Part shown: positions 47,371-58,278 of the stretch, piece after piece
How positions within the stretch are numbered: the stretch's first letter is position 1
How the letters are laid out: every line of letters starts with the position of its first letter
DNA from: Scenedesmus sp. PABB004
Lineage: Eukaryota
Length of the DNA: 64,000 bases
Direction of reading: 5' to 3'
Assembly: GCA_014905635.1 (NCBI GenBank)
Contig: JABVCE010000008.1
Span: 806,001 to 870,000, forward strand
The notes under the pieces: generated by a model
The model's input: only the letters and a program-made list of their open reading frames with translations
What the model was told of the DNA's origin: nothing
Databases searched by the model: none
Translations under genes and position numbers: made by a program

Positions 47371-49754
47371 TCACGCCACGAGCTGCTGCTGCTGCAGCTG
47401 CGCCATGAGCAGCCCGATCACGCCCGTGAGCACGCTGTTGCCGCAGTCACCCATCTCGCCGCGGTTCACGCTGTCGACCAGCTCCGCGACGTCGCCCAGG
47501 TTGAGCGGCGCGTCGCCGCCCGCCGCCGCCGACGGCGGCGGCGGCAGCGCGTACGCCGGCGGCGGGCCGCCGCCGCCGCGCAGCAGCGCGTCGAGCCGCG
47601 CCGCGTCGGACGCGGAGCCCGGCAGCGCGCTGGCCTTGGCGGCCGCGTCGATGGCCGCGCTATCGAGGCTCTGGTAGCGCAGCGCCGCAGGCGCCAGCCC
47701 GCCGCCTGGGCTGGGCGCGCCGCCGGCGGGGCCCGACAGCGTGCGCGGCAGCGCCTGCGGCCACCACAGCGCCGCGCCGCCGGCGTAGCAGGGCGATGCG
47801 TGCGAGCCGAGCGGCGTGAAGGCGCTGCCGGCGCCACCGTCGTCGGGCGCCCACGACGCGCCCGAGCCCAGCACGCTGCTGGGCGTGGGCGAGAGCGGCG
47901 GGCTGCCGCTGCCGGACGCGCCGCCGCCGTCGCCGAGGCTGCCGCTGCCGGCAAAGCCCCCGGCGCCCAGCCCGCCGCAGCCCCAGGCCGCAGCCTTGAG
48001 CTGCTGCGCCTGGTGCGCCTGTTGCGCGGCGAGCATCGCGGCCTGGTGCGCCTCAAACTGCTGCTGCTCGCTGGCCTGGTGCGCCTCAAACTGCTGCTGC
48101 TCGCTGGCCCGCTGCGTGTGCATCACGCGCTGCTCGTGCATGAGCAGCGCGCGCTGCAGCTGCGCGTGCTGCACGGCCGCCTGCGCCGCGGCGGCGCGCG
48201 CGCGCGCCGCCGCGGCGGCCATGGGCGAGTTGGTCGGGTCGGGCACCTCCACGTCGGACGTGCTGAACAGGCAGCTGCCCGCGGCCAGCGCCGCGCCCGC
48301 GCCCGGGGGCGGCAGGTCGAGCGACGTCGCGCGGCGCGGCGGCAGCGGCGCGCGGCCCGCAGAGGGCGCGAAGCCGCCGCCGCCGGCGCCGCCGCCGAGC
48401 AGCGCCTGCTGGTCCACCGAAAAGCGGCGGAAGCCGCCGCCGCCGCGGGGCGCCGCGCTGTTTGGGCTGTGCAGCCGCGCCAGGCCGCCCGCGCCGGGCG
48501 AGGCCGCCGGCGAGGCGCAGCGCAGCTCCGGCAGCGCGCCGGACGTCGTCGCGAGGCCGGCCGCGAGGCCGGGCGCGTCCCTGCGCGCGCCGCCGGCCCT
48601 GCCGCCGCGCCGGCCGCCGCGCGCGCGCGGGCTGCCGGCGCCGGCGCCGGCGCCGGCGCCGCCGCCGTTCTGCGCGGCGCGCGGGCTGCTCGCGGCGCTG
48701 CCGGCGCTCGCGCTGCTGGCCGCGGCGCTGCCGCCGCCGGCGTGCTTCAGCTCGTCGGGGATGTTGAGGTGGCTGTGGTCGGGCACGCGCAGCTCGTCGA
48801 TGCTGTGCGCGAAGAAGCAGATCTGGCGCTTGCAGTGGCTGCCGTCGTTGTTGCGGCAGAGCTGGGTGCGGTACCTGCGAGCGCGCGCGCAGGAGGCGTG
48901 AGCGCGCGCGCAGGAGGCGTGAGCGCGGGCGGCGGCAGCGCGCGCTGGCTGCGCCGCCGCGCCGCCGCGCCGCCGCGCCCGCGCCGCCCGCACCTGCTGG
49001 GGTGCAGCCAGTACTCAAACAGCGAGTGGCAGTTGGGGCAGTCGTCCCCACGCGGGCACTCCTTGCCCTGCGGGGCACGCGCGCGGCCGAGGCGGACGTG
49101 GGCGGCGCGCAGGGGCGGCGCTGTCTACGCGTGCGCCGCGCAGGCCGCTGGCGGGTCTCTCGCCGCGCTGAGCTGGCACTCCCGCCGGCCGGCCGCCCCC
49201 GCGGGCGGTGCGCGCCGCACCTCCTTGGTGTCGGGGCAGGGGATGGCGAGGTAGGTGTAGACGCGCGGGTCGCGGCGGCGCGCCTTCTCGCCTGTGTCGT
49301 CAGCGGGACGGAGGCGGTGGCGGTGAGCGGGCGCCGGGCAGCCACGTCGTCGGCGTCGGCGGGGGGCGGGCGCGATGCGCACGTCGCCGCCCGCTCCGCA
49401 CCTGGGTGCGCCCAGGGGCAGTACGTCCACTCGTGCGGCGCGCGCTTGGCGCACGGCAGCACCTGACCAGGCGGCGAGGGCGGGGGCGGCCGGCGCGGCG
49501 CGGCGGGGGCGGTCGACGGATGCCCCAGGGTGCCGGCGCAGGCGGGGCCCCGCAGGCCGCGGCGGGCACACCTTGTAGCAGTACATGCGGAAGGCGTCGC
49601 TCTCGAACAGCTCCGCCGGCCCGTCCTCCAGGCCGCGCGCGGCCAGGCTCGCCAGCGCCTCGGGCGCGAGCTCGCCCGCCGCCGCGGCGCGGGCCAGGGC
49701 CTCGTGCGGCCCCGCATCGGGCCCCCAGGGGGCGCCCGGGAGCTGCGCCTCCAT
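47371..49754 (-). CDS. CCCH tandem zinc-finger RNA-binding protein (plant RR-TZF / Unkempt-like), multi-exon
   Basis: SDAFRMYCYK|VLPCAKRAPHEWTYCPWAHP|GEKARRRDP...CPRGDDCPNCHSLFEYWLHP..RYRTQLC...CFFAHS. Confidence 0.92.
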
Positions 49755-50084
49755 GGATGCGCAGAGTTGGCTGTGTCGGAACAAGGAGCTCGCTGGTGGT
49801 GCGGCGCCAATCTAGTCGCGCTGTGGCGGTGTCTCAATTGTCTGGGCTAGGTGGGATGCGGGTCAAGTCTCTCTCGGCGGGCTGCGGGGCGGTCGGCCTT
49901 CCGTCCTGCGAGGATCGGCGGTTCTGGGCGCATGGGCATGACGAGGCGATGCGGAGCACGCCGTGAGCGTGCTCAATGCAGGTGGCACGGGAAGCCGGCC
50001 GCGCAGGCTGGCACGCACCCGCGCGGGGGCGGCTCGGCGCGGCGGCTGTCCAGCGCCGCACCGATTCAGCCCTGGAATTCGTCC

Positions 50085-50210
50085 TGCGAACGTTACTCAG
50101 GGCACCTGTGTGCCCCTGTGTAACGCTAGCGCTTGTCCCTTTCGGGGGCGCCACCAAGCGCGGGGTTCCGACTCGGGGTCCCCCCTGCAGGGGTTCCCGC
50201 TTGGGGCGCG
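50085..50210 (-). ncRNA. Candidate Fanzor omegaRNA scaffold (three consecutive hairpins just 3' of the Fanzor stop)
   Basis: Stem 50154-50160/50198-50204 encloses the palindrome CCCCTGCAGGGG. A hairpin at 50129-50151 has a GAAA tetraloop on the minus strand. A third stem pairs 50091-50105 with 50110-50125. The element begins about 80 nt after the stop at 50285. Confidence 0.6.
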
Positions 50211-50284
50211 CTGGTGTTGGGCTTGGATGAAAACAAGTGCAAACAAGCGCGCAGCGACGGCCGCGCTGGCCCCTGTTGCTGCTC

Positions 50285-52440
50285 TCAGCCACTTAGAGCA
50301 GGGGCCAGCGCCGCCACGTCCGCCGCCGCCGCCGCCGCGCGCGCGCTCGCGTCACGCAGGACTGCCGCCGCCGCCGCGCGCCCCCCGCGCCCTGCCGCCG
50401 CAAGCTGCGCCGCCAGGCGTGGCAACAGCCGCTCGCACTGCCAGGCGCGCTCGCCGGCCAGCAGCGCCGCTGCGCCCGGGTCGCGCACCGCGCCAGCCGA
50501 CAGGCGCATCTGCAGCCTCGCGCGCGGCTCCCGCTCGACCGCGTAGTCCATGAGCCGCGCGTGGTCAGGGTGCACACGCGGCTCAAACACCTGCCGTGCG
50601 GTCTTCGCCGTGATGCAGCGCGCGCCGTTGACGTCGCGCTCGAGCGTGACGCCGCACGCGCCGCAGGCCCGCACCTTGTGCGGCGCTCGCCGGCCGCGCC
50701 CGCCGCACGCACCGCCACCTCCTGCACATCATCTAACCCAAAGCAACGACTGCAAGTGCGACTAGTTCTATACTCATCAACGTACACAAAGTGCGCGCGC
50801 GGGCCGGGCGCGCCGTCCGGCACGGCCGGGCGCCAGCCCCGAACGCAGCGCTCGAGCAGCCGCACGGGCGGCGACAACTTCCTACCTATGAAGCTCTGAG
50901 AGAGCTCCGCATTCCCCATCCCGACCACGACCACCTCGGGCAGCGGCAGCAGCTGCTGCCGCGCGCGCCAGCTGGGGTCGCGCTCGCGCGCGCTCCAGCG
51001 GCCGCCGACCGTGCAGCGCCCCAGCGCGAGCTGCTGCACAACACGCGCGAGCTCGTGCTGCGCGAGGCAGTGAGTGCGAAGGCTCCAGCGGCGCGCCGCC
51101 AGGCTGCCCAGCACCGCCTTGCCCTCGCACAGCAGCGCGGCGCGCGCGGCCGCGTGCGCAAGGTAGACATTGAGGTTTGCGGTGGCGGCGCGGCCGATGC
51201 CGGCCGCCCACTCGGCACGCTTGTCCCAACCCGTGCGCCGTTTCTCGCAACCAATCCTGGTGTGCAGCAAAGCCGCACGCCCGGTTAAAGTGCTCCGGGT
51301 GCAACTTGAAACAAAACTTGTCGCCATCCTTCCCGCTTCCCGACCGCCCGTGGTTGGCGGTGACCGCAACAAACAAGTGATTGAAGCCGGGATCTACCCC
51401 CACTATTCGGACCCCCGGCCCCGACCGCGCGTCCCCGAGCTCGGCCCCGCCATCGCAGAGAGCCCAAGGCACCAGGGGAGCAGCGATGGGGCGTGCACGC
51501 ACGTCCAGGTCGGCCGGCGCCGCCTGCCCCAGCCCCACGTCAATGTCCATCGGGTCGTCAACCCCCTGCCCGTGGAGAGGCTGCCCCCAGCACAGCTGCC
51601 CCCAAACGTCAGCACGCGCGGCATCCAGCGCCGCCGCCCGCTCCGCGCGCACGCGCTGCTGGCGCGCCGCCGCCTGGCCAGCCCTGCCGAGCGCGCGCCC
51701 CCCGGTGCCGGCACCCCCGCCGGCGGCAGGGGCGGCCGCGGCGCGCAGCATGCCTACGCTGACAGCGACGCCGTCGGTCGTCACGCGCTGCGCAAAGCGC
51801 AGCGCGCGCGAGCCGAGCTTATTGAGGTCAACAAAAAAACATGCAAAGGGATTGCCCTCCCACCCCTGGTCGGGCGCCGGCAGGACGGCCGCCGCCTCCT
51901 GCTGCGCCATATCGCGCCGGCCCTGTGCAGCTGCCGCGGCAGCTGCCGCCGCAGCAGCTGCCGCCGCAGCCGCGGCGGTGCTCGCTCCGGCCGCTGGTGC
52001 TGCCATCCCGGCTGGCGCCGGCGCTGCCGGCGCTGCCGGCGCTGCCGGCCCGGCTGGCGCCGGCGCAGCGGCCTGGGCGCTCGGCTCTGCCGGCGACTCC
52101 TGCCTGGCCAGTATGGCCAAGGCATGCTCTTGCAAGAGCAGCTGCAGTTGCATAGGCCGCACGGGCAAGTAGGATGCCCGGGCGGCGCGACTGCGGGGCC
52201 GCGCCGACACCGATGCCACCTCGGCCGCGTGCGCTGGCAGCGCAGCACCGCTGCCGACCGCTGCCGACCGCTGCGCCAGGCAGCCGGGCGCCGAGGCCCT
52301 CTGTCGCGGCCGCCGTCGCTGCCGCCGGTGCTGCGACCGCGCTCGCCGCGGCTCGCGCGCGTGCCGCAACGACCGCCGCCGCCTGCCGCTGCACCAGATC
52401 AGCAAGATGCAGTGGCTGCTCCTGCACCTGCTCCGTCGCC

Positions 52441-52525
<85 letters not shown>

Positions 52526-55500
52526 GCTGCTGCGCCGCCCGCTGGCTCCGCCTGGTCTGCGCTCCGGCTGCCGCCGGCTGCAGCGCCGGCGCCCCCGCCG
52601 GGGCGGCCGCCCGCTCTGCGACCGCTGCAGCTGCAGCCGCAACCGCGCTGTCAAACCGATGCTGCACGAGCTGGACAGGCTGCTGCACCGGCGCAGGTAC
52701 AGCCGCCCGTGCTGCAGCCCAGGCCTGCAGCTGCTCTTGCGTAGCCCGCATGGACACCGGCACGCGGGATGCCCCGGTGGCGCGACTGCGGGGCCACACC
52801 GACACCGGTGCCGCCGCGGCCGTGTGTGCGCTGGCAGCGAGGCCGCGTCGGCGAGGTCGACCGCCGCGCCGGGCTGCACGTACGGACGGTAGCGCGGCAC
52901 GCCGAGTCCGGTGCGCCGCGCCGGGCCGCCTGCAGCAATCCCCACTGCTGCCAGCCCGGCTGGCGCCGGCGACACCTGGGCGGCCTGCGCTGACGCCGTT
53001 CCCGAGGTCTGCGCGCCGGCTGCCGCTGGCTGCGCCGCCGGCGCCGCCGCCCGATCTGCCGCCACGCGTGTGGCGTGGCCCGCGCGCCAGCTCACCAGAT
53101 CTGCCGTGTTGACCGTGCATATGCCCTGAAGCAGCGCCTCCATCATGGCGCGCGGCAGCGGCACGTGCTCCATGTTGAAGCGCGGCTGCGGCGCCATGCA
53201 GAAGCGCGACTTGTCGCGGAGGTTGCGCAGCGCGGCGAGCTGGCGCGCCGCCTGCTGCGCGCCCGACTCTGCGGCGCGCAGGGCTGCCGTGGTGGCCGCC
53301 GCGAGCTGTGGCGGCGGGCCCTGCTCACGGGCCCTGTGGGCCGCAAGAGACAGTGGCTCGGCCCGCAGCGGCGCCGCCAACGCGAGGCCAGCGGCCAGCG
53401 CGTCCGCCGCGAGCGCCTGCCAAAGACGGACGAGCTGCACCTCCGCCGCCTTCACCGCCTCCGCGGCCACCGCGGGCGACGCGAGGGCGTCATCAGCGAC
53501 CGCCTGCCAGGCCGGGGGTGCAGCTCTGGGGGGCCCGGCCGCCCAGGGCAGCGCCTGGGCCGCCAAGGCTGCCGCACGCAGGTGCGCCGCTGCAGCGGCA
53601 CCCGCGGTGCGCACGGTGTGCAGGGTTGTGCGTACGACAGCAAGCTGCAGGTACTTGACTGCTGCCGCCGTTGCTGCCTCTGCCCACGCTGCTCGTGCCG
53701 CCGCCGATGTCCCCCCAGCATCTGCCTCCGCCTCCGCCACAAACACAGCCACTGCGTGTGCCCGAGTCGCCGCTACGGCAGCTGCAAGCTGCGCCGTGGT
53801 CAGGGCGACATCCGCCGCCTGCATGCTGCATGCTGCGGCCGCCAGGTGCTGCTGCAGCTGCCCGGCGGCTGCCGCCGCCTGCGCTGCCTCGGCGGGCGCT
53901 GGCAGCGTTAGGCACTCTGCTGCCTGCATTGCAGCCATGCGCTGCTCGAGCAGGCTCAGCTCTGCGTCCTTGGCCGCCACCATGCCGCGCAGCAGGTCGG
54001 CCTTGGCGGCGGCCTCCCTGCGCCGGCTCGCGCCGTGCTTCGCGCGCGTGAGCGCGTCCGGCTCGCGCCGCTGCTCCAGCGGCGGCGGCGGCGCCGCGCC
54101 CGCCGCACGCGTTGCCGCTGCCGTGCGTGCCGCGGCACGCGTCGCCGTCGAATCTTTGTCTTTCTTGCTCTGCGCCATGCGCCGCTCCAGCTCGTCCCGC
54201 TGCTGCTGGAGGCTGCCCTTGCTCGGGTTGGCGGCGCCGCACGCCGCACGGTGCTTGCCCGCCAGCACCGCCGCGGCCAGCCGCGGGTGCTGCTGCTCCA
54301 GCCCCTCAACGGGCGGCAGCAGCTCCGCGGCAACAGCGGCGGCCGCGAGTGCCTCCAGCGCGCGCGCGAGCTCCGCAGCAACCGGCCCTGCGCCGCCCTC
54401 GGCGGCCCAAGGCGCACCCGCGGCGGCGAGGGCCGGGCCCAGCGCGGGGGCGAGCGCGGTGCCCGCCCGGCGCGCGGCGGCGCGCACCCAGCCGGCGTCG
54501 TCGTGCAGCTCCATGTGCGCCAACGCCGCGTAGGACAGCGCCTGCTGCGCGCCCCACTCGCCGGGCGCAGCGGCTGGCAGCCGCGGGTGCGCGGGCACGC
54601 TGCCCGTAGCGACGACGCGAGCCGCCGGGCCGCCGGCAGGCGTCTGCTCGTCATCGTCCTCCTCGTTCTGGCGCCGGGGCGCCCTGGCCCGCTTGAAGCT
54701 GGGCGGCGCCTGCTGCTGCTGCTGCTGGCGCTGCCCCCCCCCCCCCCCCGCCGCTGCCTGCCGCTGCCAGTAGGGCTCGAAGGCCCACTCCTTGACCGTC
54801 TGCTCCCCCCTGCCTGGCACGGGCTGCAGCAGGCTGCCCAGCAGCGCCAAAAAGCCGTCGTGCAGCAGCTGCTCCGCCAGCGCCGCCTGCGCCCGGCTGG
54901 CCGCCGACGCGCCGGCCGGCGCGTCGACGGCGATGCCCAAGCAGACGCGCTCGTACAGCGGCTGCATGCAGGCCGACGCGAGTTGGTCGGCCGCCGTGCG
55001 GGGCGGGCGGGGCAGGCCGGCGCGCAGGTGCGCGGCGTCCACGAGCAGGCGCGCCCAGGATTCTAGCCGCGGCTCCCAGTCCATCACGTGTTGGACGTGA
55101 TTGACTGCCAGCAGCGTTGCAATGTCCCGGAACCACGCGCCAATCGCGTCGCCGTTGAGGTACGGCGGCAGCGCCCAGGGCTCGCCAGCGGCGCCGAGCC
55201 GCGGCAGGTACAGCTGCTCGTACACCCAGCGCAGGGCGGCAAACTCCTGGCTGTCCTGGGGGGGCCGCGCCGCGTAGGCGGTGGGCCGCAGCAGCAGCCG
55301 CAGCGCCCACACGAACAGCCAGCGGCCGGCGGTCAGGGACGCCGCCGCGGTCGCCGTGGAACGCGGCGGCGATGAACGCCTCCGGCGGCGGGCGGCCGGC
55401 TGGCGGCGGGTCAGCGTCGCCCTCAAAGATGATCTGGTTGGTGTCAAGCATGAAGGTGGTCACCAGCTGCCGCGCGTGGAAGAGGCCGTAGTTGCCGACC

Positions 55501-57512
55501 TCCACCAGCTCGCGCAGCACCGCCATGGACGCAGCGTGCTGCGCCGAGTCGGCACCGCCGCGCACCACGCCCGACAGGCTCGCTTTGATGGTTGTTTGCT
55601 CGCCGCTGCCGTCAGTCGCCGGCGCGGCCGCCTCGGCCGCGGCGGCGGCCTCGCCGCCCGGCGGCTGGGCGGCGGCGCCAGGCGCGCCGCGCTGCGGGCC
55701 GGCGTCGCCGCCCGCTGCGCGCGAGCGCTTGCCACCGCCGCCGTCTGCTCCGCGCGAGCGCTTGCCGGTGCCGCCGCTGCCGTCGCCAGCCGCCGAGCCA
55801 GGTCGTGCCCCGGCCGTGCCGTGCTGCCGCGAGCAGCAGCAGCTGCCGCCGCTGGGCGCGTCGCCGACGTCTGGCGCCTCGCGCGCAGCGCTGCGGCTGC
55901 CGTGGCTCCCGCCAGCAGGCTTGCCGGAAGCGGGAACGAAGACAGCTGCGTTGGGGTTCAATGCTGAGCAGGCGGCGACGCGCCGCCGCCCAACGGCTCC
56001 AGCGGGGGGCGCCGCGCCGCCGGCTGCCACAGCAGCGCCTGCGACCTGGCCGGCGCGCGACGCCGCGGTCGAGCCGGCGCCGCGGCCGGCGGCGCAGGCG
56101 CACGCGAGCCATGCGCACACCGCCCATACGCTGAGGATCCAACTCAGGATGCGTGCGACTGCGCCCTGCGCCCACCGCCGCGCGCTCTTCGCCGCCGCCG
56201 CCGCCGCCGCCGCGGCAGCGTCTGGCGTGCCGACCGGCGGCAGCGGCAGGGCCGCGCCGGCCTGCCCCAGCGGCCGCGCCGGGCGGCCGCGCGGCGCGAG
56301 GCCTGCCGCCGGCGCCGGCGCGCCGCCGGCGCAGCGCGCGGCGACCGCGGCCGCGCCGGCGGTGGGGAGCACCCCGCGCTGCGCGGCGCCACGCCGCGCT
56401 CGGGGGCCCCGGGCCTCGCCGACTGGTGCGGGGCCGCGCCGCGCCGCCGGGCAGCGCTTGGGCTGGGCGCCGCTCGCTGCGGCGCCGGCGCAGCCCCGTC
56501 CTGCTGCCCTGCCCCCGCCAGCCGCGATGGGCCGCGGCGACGCGCCGCCGACGGCGCAGGCGGCGGCCCGCGCCCCCGCGCGCGCATGCTTGTTGGCGCG
56601 CTCCGCGCAGGCGCGCTGCTTGGCCTCCCGCCGGCAGCGCGCGGCAGCGTGCTTGCGCCGCTGCTCGCTCACCAGCTGCTCGCGCTCGACGGCAGCGTCG
56701 CGCTGCGTCCCGAGCTTGCGCGCAAACGCTGGCAGCGCAAACGGCGCGTGCTCCTGCGGCTGGCGCCGCCGCCGCCAGCGCCCCGAGGCGCGGCGCGGTC
56801 GCCTGGCGCCGCCCCTGCCGGGCTGCTGCAGCTCCCGCTGCTGCTCCTGCTGCCGCTGCTGCTCCTGCTGCCGCTGCAGCTCCTGCCGCTCCTGCTGCCG
56901 CTGCTCCTGCGCCCGCTGCCGCAGCCGGCTGTCGGCCGCGGCGGCCGCCGCGGCGGCGGCGGCGGCGCGCGCCTGCGCGCCGCTCGCGCCCAGCTCCAGC
57001 AGCTCGCGCACGCGCTGCAGCACGCTCGCAACGAGCGTACAGGCCTCGCGCGGGCTGCAGCGCGACGCCTGCAGCAGCGCGATGCGCGCGAGCACGCAGT
57101 CGGCGCCGCGTTGCCGCAGCAGGTGCTGCGGCGCCTGTGCCTGCGCCGCCTGCAGCTCCGCCAGCAGCCGCTGCAGCTCAGCGACGGCGCCGGATGTGAC
57201 GCACGCGCTGGCAGCCGCCACCTGTGCCGGGAGGGTCGCGTCGTCCCCGCCGGCCAGCAGCGCGCCGAGCTCCCCAGCCAGCTGCAGCGGGGCGAGCGGG
57301 AGGTCCACCAGCTTGCTGCAGATGGCCGCCGCCGCCGCCACGCGCTCGCCGGCGGTGACCGCGGTGGGCCGCCGCAGCACGGGCGGTGCCTTGGCCGGGC
57401 AGCGCGGCTGGCTGCCGGCGGGGCGCGCCTTGGAGCCGTCGTTGCAGCCGCGCTGCGACGCGGCGTCGATCACCAGCCTCCGCTCGCCGGCGAGCGCCCG
57501 CCCGGAAGTCAT
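50285..57512 (-). CDS. Giant Fanzor1-type RNA-guided endonuclease (TnpB/Cas12 superfamily) with about five apparent frameshifts (assembly errors or a recent pseudogene)
   Basis: RuvC-I IVGVDPG (D at 51392-51394), RuvC-II YVDEYRTSRTCSRC (E at 50773-50775) and RuvC-III/Zn CGAC..LERDVNGARCI (D at 50633-50635). Fanzor1-like motifs TTIKASL, RFCMAP..HVPLP, FAQRVTTDGVAVSV and VVVGMGNA. Confidence 0.85.
52442..52523 (-). repeat. (CAG)n trinucleotide repeat, about 27 units, inside the Fanzor insertion
   Basis: Uninterrupted ctg run on the + strand. Confidence 0.95.
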
Positions 57513-58278
57513 CGCTGCGCGGCGATGCGAGCAGCAGCGAGCCGCACACGGTGTGAGCCGCCGGCGGGCGCTCTCGGGCGCGCCCGCGGCGGCCGCGCAG
57601 GCGGCGGCGCCGCACACCTGCCGCGGCGGCCGCCTCAGCCTACCACCGGAGGAAACCCGGGCGACGAGGCGGGCATGACGCCTGGCGGCACGGCGGCGCG
57701 GGGCGGATGAGTTGCCGCGCGCGGCGCCGGTGCGGGAAGGCCGCGCGCCCCCGGGGCGCCGCGCCGTGAACGGATCAGGCCCGGAGTGTGGCTGAGAGCG
57801 CGCTGCTAGCGCCGCAGGCGCGCTGCCGAGCGCGCGCCGGGCCTGCGGGCGTTGCGCACCCGCCTACTCCGCGCGTGCGGGCCTCGGCGGGGCGCCGCGC
57901 CGCCCTTCTGCACCCGCCTTGAGCGCAAGATCGCGGGTAGCGAGGGATCAGGGCCGTTCGCCGGCGGTGGCGGGCAAAAAAATTTGCTCGCTCGCCCGGC
58001 CGTGGGCGCGAGCGGGCGCCGCCGGCGCCGCTCGCTCGCCAGGGATTCGGCAGACCTCGAGCGCGCGGGCTCATCTGTGCGGGCAGAGTCGGCAGGGCGA
58101 CGTGGCGCTGGCGCGGCACGGTGGCGCGGTGACGGCGGCGGTTCTGGCACGTATAAACGCGTCGCGCGGCAACGTTTGCCAGCCGTCGGCGTGCCCACGT
58201 CGTCGCTCGCGACCGCCCCACGCCTCCAGGCGGGCTCACGCCGCCTGGCGCCGGCCCGCCGCCGGCCGCGCGTCAGGC

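Larger units (their letters stand above)
50070..58200 (-). mobile_element. Putative Fanzor-carrying element (non-autonomous or domesticated); boundaries not resolved
   Basis: The Fanzor ORF and structured 3' region lie between two host genes. No transposase, TIR or TSD could be identified by eye. Confidence 0.4.

Noticed and set aside
50126..50129. CTAG after a hairpin as a canonical Helitron 3' terminus
   Set aside because: It is followed by C rather than T on the element strand and lies inside the hairpin cluster. No matching 5' TC end or RepHel gene was found.
50061..58050. Possible terminal inverted repeats (CCGATTCAGCCCTGG at about 50061 vs CCAGGGATTCGG at about 58039)
   Set aside because: The match is short and gapped, with no target-site duplication, and is compatible with chance.
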